From contig OX597842.1 of the NCBI GenBank assembly GCA_951406725.2, positions 28,210,001 through 28,274,000 on the forward strand: DNA of 64,000 nt, written 5' to 3'. Origin of the DNA: Octopus vulgaris. Its lineage: Eukaryota. Made by a program: the position numbers and the translations under genes. This document shows, piece after piece, positions 60,747 to 64,000 of the stretch. Each line of letters opens with the position of its first letter. The first letter of the stretch is position 1. The notes beneath the pieces are model-generated. The model saw nothing but the letters and a program-made list of their open reading frames with translations, was not told where the DNA came from and searched no databases.

Positions 60747-62845
60747 CGTTTGTATGTGTGTGTACGCTTATATATTAATTACTATGTGCTTGTGCAAATG
60801 TATATGCATGTGTTTGAGAGAGTGTGTGTGTGTGTGTGTGTGTGTCGTTTGTATGTGTGTGTACGCTTATATATTAATTAATATGTGCTTGTGCAAATGT
60901 ATATGCATGTGTTTGAGAGAGAGAGAGAGTGTGTGTGTGTGTCGTTTGTATGTGTGTGTACACTTATATATTAATTACTATGTGCTTGTGCAAATGTATA
61001 TGCATGTGTTTGAGAGAGTGTGTGTGTGTGTGTGTGTGTGTCGTTTGTATGTGTGTGTACGCTTATATATTAATTACTATGTGCTTGTGCAAATGTATAT
61101 GCATGTGTTTGAGAGAGAGAGAGAGTGTGTGTGTGTGTCGTTTGTATGTGTGTGTACACTTATATATTAATTACTATGTGCTTGTGCAAATGTATATGCA
61201 TGTGTTTGAGAGAGTGTGTGTGTGTGTGTGTGTGTGTCGTTTGTATGTGTGTGTACGCTTATATATTAATTACTATGTGCTTGTGCAAATGTATATGCAT
61301 GTGTTTGAGAGAGAGAGAGAGTGTGTGTGTGTGTCGTTTGTATGTGTGTGTACACTTATATATTAATTACTATGTGCTTGTGCGAATGTATATGCATGTG
61401 TTTGAGAGATAGAGAGAGAGTGTGTGTGTGTCGTTTGTATGTGTGTGTACGCTTATATATTAATTACTATGTGCTTGTGCAAATGTATATGCATGTGTTT
61501 GAGAGAGAGAGAGAGAGAGTGTGTGTGTGTGTGTCGTTTGTATGTGTGTGTACGCTTATATATTTATTACTATGTGCTTGTGCAAATGTATATGCATGTG
61601 TTTGAGAGAGAGAGAGAGAGAGTGTGTGTGTGTCGTTTGTATGTGTGTGTACGCTTATATATTAATTACTATGTGCTTGTGCAAATGTATATGCATGTGT
61701 TTGAGAGAGAGAGAGAGAGTGTGTGTGTGTGTGTGTGTCGTTTGTATGTGTGTGTACGCTTATATATTAATTACTATGTGCTTGTGCAAATGTATATGCA
61801 TGTGTTTGAGAGAGAGAGAGAGTGTGTGTGTGTGTGTGTGTCGTTTGTATGTGTGTGTACGCTTATATATTAATTACTATGTGCTTGTGCAAATGTATAT
61901 GCATGTGTTTGAGAGAGAGAGAGAGAGTGTGTGTGTCGTTTGTATGTGTGTGTACGCTTATATATTAATTACTATGTGCTTGTGCAAATGTATATGCATG
62001 TGTTTGAGAGAGAGAGAGAGAGAGTGTGTGTGTGTGTGTGTGTCGTTTGTATGTGTGTGTACGCTTATATATTAATTACTATGTGCTTGTGCAAATGTAT
62101 ATGCATGTGTTTGAGAGAGAGAGAGTGTGTGTCTGTCGTTTGTATGTGTGTGTACGCTTATATATTAATTACTATGTGCTTGTGCAAATGTATATGCATG
62201 TGTTTGAGAGAGAGAGAGAGAGTGTGTGTGTGTGTGTGTGTCGTTTGTTTGTGTGTGTACGCTTATATATTAATTACTATGTGCTTGTGCAAATGTATAT
62301 GCATGTGTTTGAGAGAGAGAGAGAGTGTGTGTGTGTCGTTTGTATGTGTGTGTACGCTTATATATTAATTACTATGTGTTTGTGCAAATGTATATGCATG
62401 TGTTTGAGAGAGAGAGAGAGAGAGAGTGTGTGTGTGTGTGTCGTTTGTATGTGTGTGTACGCTTATATATTAATTACTATGTGTTTGTGCGAATGTATAT
62501 GCATGTGTTTGAGAGAGAGAGAGAGAGTGTGTGTGTGTCGTTTGTATGTGTGTGTACACTTATATATTAATTACTATGTGCTTGTGCAAATGTATATGCA
62601 TGTGTTTGAGAGAGAGAGAGAGAGTGTGTGTGTGTGTCGTTTGTATGTGTGTGTACTAATATATATTAATTACTATGTGCTTGTGCAAATGTATATGCAT
62701 GTGTTTGAGAGAGAGAGAGAGTGTGTGTGTGTGTGTCGTTTGTATGTGTGTGTACGCTTATATATTAATTACTATGTGCTTGTGCAAATGTATATGCATG
62801 TGTTTGAGAGAGAGAGAGAGAGAGAGAGTGTGTGTGTGTCGTGCG
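58873..62845. repeat. Satellite, about 40 units; reverse complement of the 3900-5815 array
   Basis: Unit gtcgtttgtatgtgtgtgtacgcttatatattaattactatgtgcttgtgcaaatgtatatgcatgtgttt(GA)n(GT)n. Confidence 0.95.
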
Positions 62846-64000
62846 TCTGCTATATTTCTTTATCAATATCGATAACGCAGCAATGCTGGGATTTCATTGG
62901 TTAAAATTCGAAGATGCTGGGATTTCATTGGTTAAAATTCGAAGATGTTGGGATTTGATTGGTTAAAATTCTTAAAATAGAGAGTAGGGAGATAGTTAAT
63001 GGAGAGGGGAGAAGGTATCGGGGTTCGAGATGAGCGCCTAAACGGTAATGAAACAAGGTTATCTTAGCTGCACATTTCTGAAATCCAAGTTTATCATCCG
63101 AAGCAAAGCAATGAGGAATCGAGTGGAGGCAGGAACCGAGCAAACACTGGTTTATATAGAGATTAGGGGTTTTTCTGGGGGGGACGGGGGACGATTGGCG
63201 TGTTAGATAGAAGAGGGGGAAAGAGAGAGAGAGAAGGGAGGCCCCACGAGGGAGAAATCTCTATGGCAGGACGAGGTTCGAAATAGAAAAAAACCTTAAT
63301 GAAACAGGAAAGGCCGAAAACGCAAGACAGGCTTATACATATAAATATATATATGCGTCCATATGTATAGGCATACCTACACAACTGGGCCCCACGACGA
63401 ATTTGTTTCCTTATAACTTTGAGACAAATTGATATTTTTTAATGAAATTTCTTTGACAAAAATGCTTCAGATGATGAAGATTCCAATTATATCGGAAATT
63501 GTTGTAAAAACAAATTTTCAAACGTTGAGGAGTTGACTTTCTCAAAATTCACCCAAATCCGTTTGGTTTTTCTATAACTTTCAGAAAAGTGGATATTTTG
63601 TTTCTGTGAAAATTTCTACAAATCCCTTTCAAATGGTGTAGATTAGGATTATATCGGAATTTAACATGAAAAAACTTTAAAAATTTGATGGTTTCGCACA
63701 CATACATACTGACACACATCACGGTTATTTTCCCAAAATTCATCTTTTTATTTTCTGTTTTGTGTCAGTGTATATCTGTGCGAATCCACCAATTTTTATA
63801 ATTTTCTTCATATTAAATTCCGATATAATCGAAATCTTCACCATCTGAAACGGTTTTATGAAAATTTCATTTGAAAATATCTATTTTTTTGGAAAGAAAG
63901 CCGACTCGGGTGAACTTTCCTAAATTTCTCTCTCCACCCACCGAAAAGGTTTTTCTCACAACAAATTCCGATATAATTGGAATATTTGCCATCTGAGGGA
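62845..64000 (+). repeat. Inverted duplicate of 2785-3905 (gene A intron 2)
   Basis: Near-identical reverse complement, including the unique spacer and the MITE; paired ORFs 3043/63549, 3402/63163 and 3640/62925. Confidence 0.9.

Noticed and set aside
58873-62845. CRISPR-like repeat/spacer pattern
   Set aside because: The 'spacers' are only (GA)n(GT)n length variants, the context is eukaryotic, and there are no cas genes.

Overview
Repeat-rich eukaryotic DNA, very probably octopus/coleoid cephalopod (inferred from the SINE/RTE repeat families and microsatellite load). There is one 100-N assembly gap at 11031-11130. The host content is a local family of intron-containing ankyrin-repeat genes. 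Gene B (+ strand, 8 phase-compatible coding exons, 21721-41440, about 401 aa) encodes ankyrin repeats, a C3HC4 RING and a C-terminal death domain. Gene A (- strand, exons 7808-7962, 2376-2532, 1565-1923) is an inverted near-copy that runs off the left edge. A third copy of the same intron appears at the right edge. The introns of A and B are nearly identical, but the ankyrin exons differ almost only by amino-acid-changing substitutions, many at binding-surface positions. This suggests a rapidly diversifying ANK-RING-DD recognition/E3 system. The rest of the window is transposons and repeats: a full-length RTE LINE with a PHD finger and a tandem 5' array, a full-length Tx1 LINE in (TC)n, CR1, Penelope, Helitron and HERO-like fragments, several MITEs, hammerhead ribozyme motifs, a U2 fragment and satellites. 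All calls were made by eye; no database searches were run.
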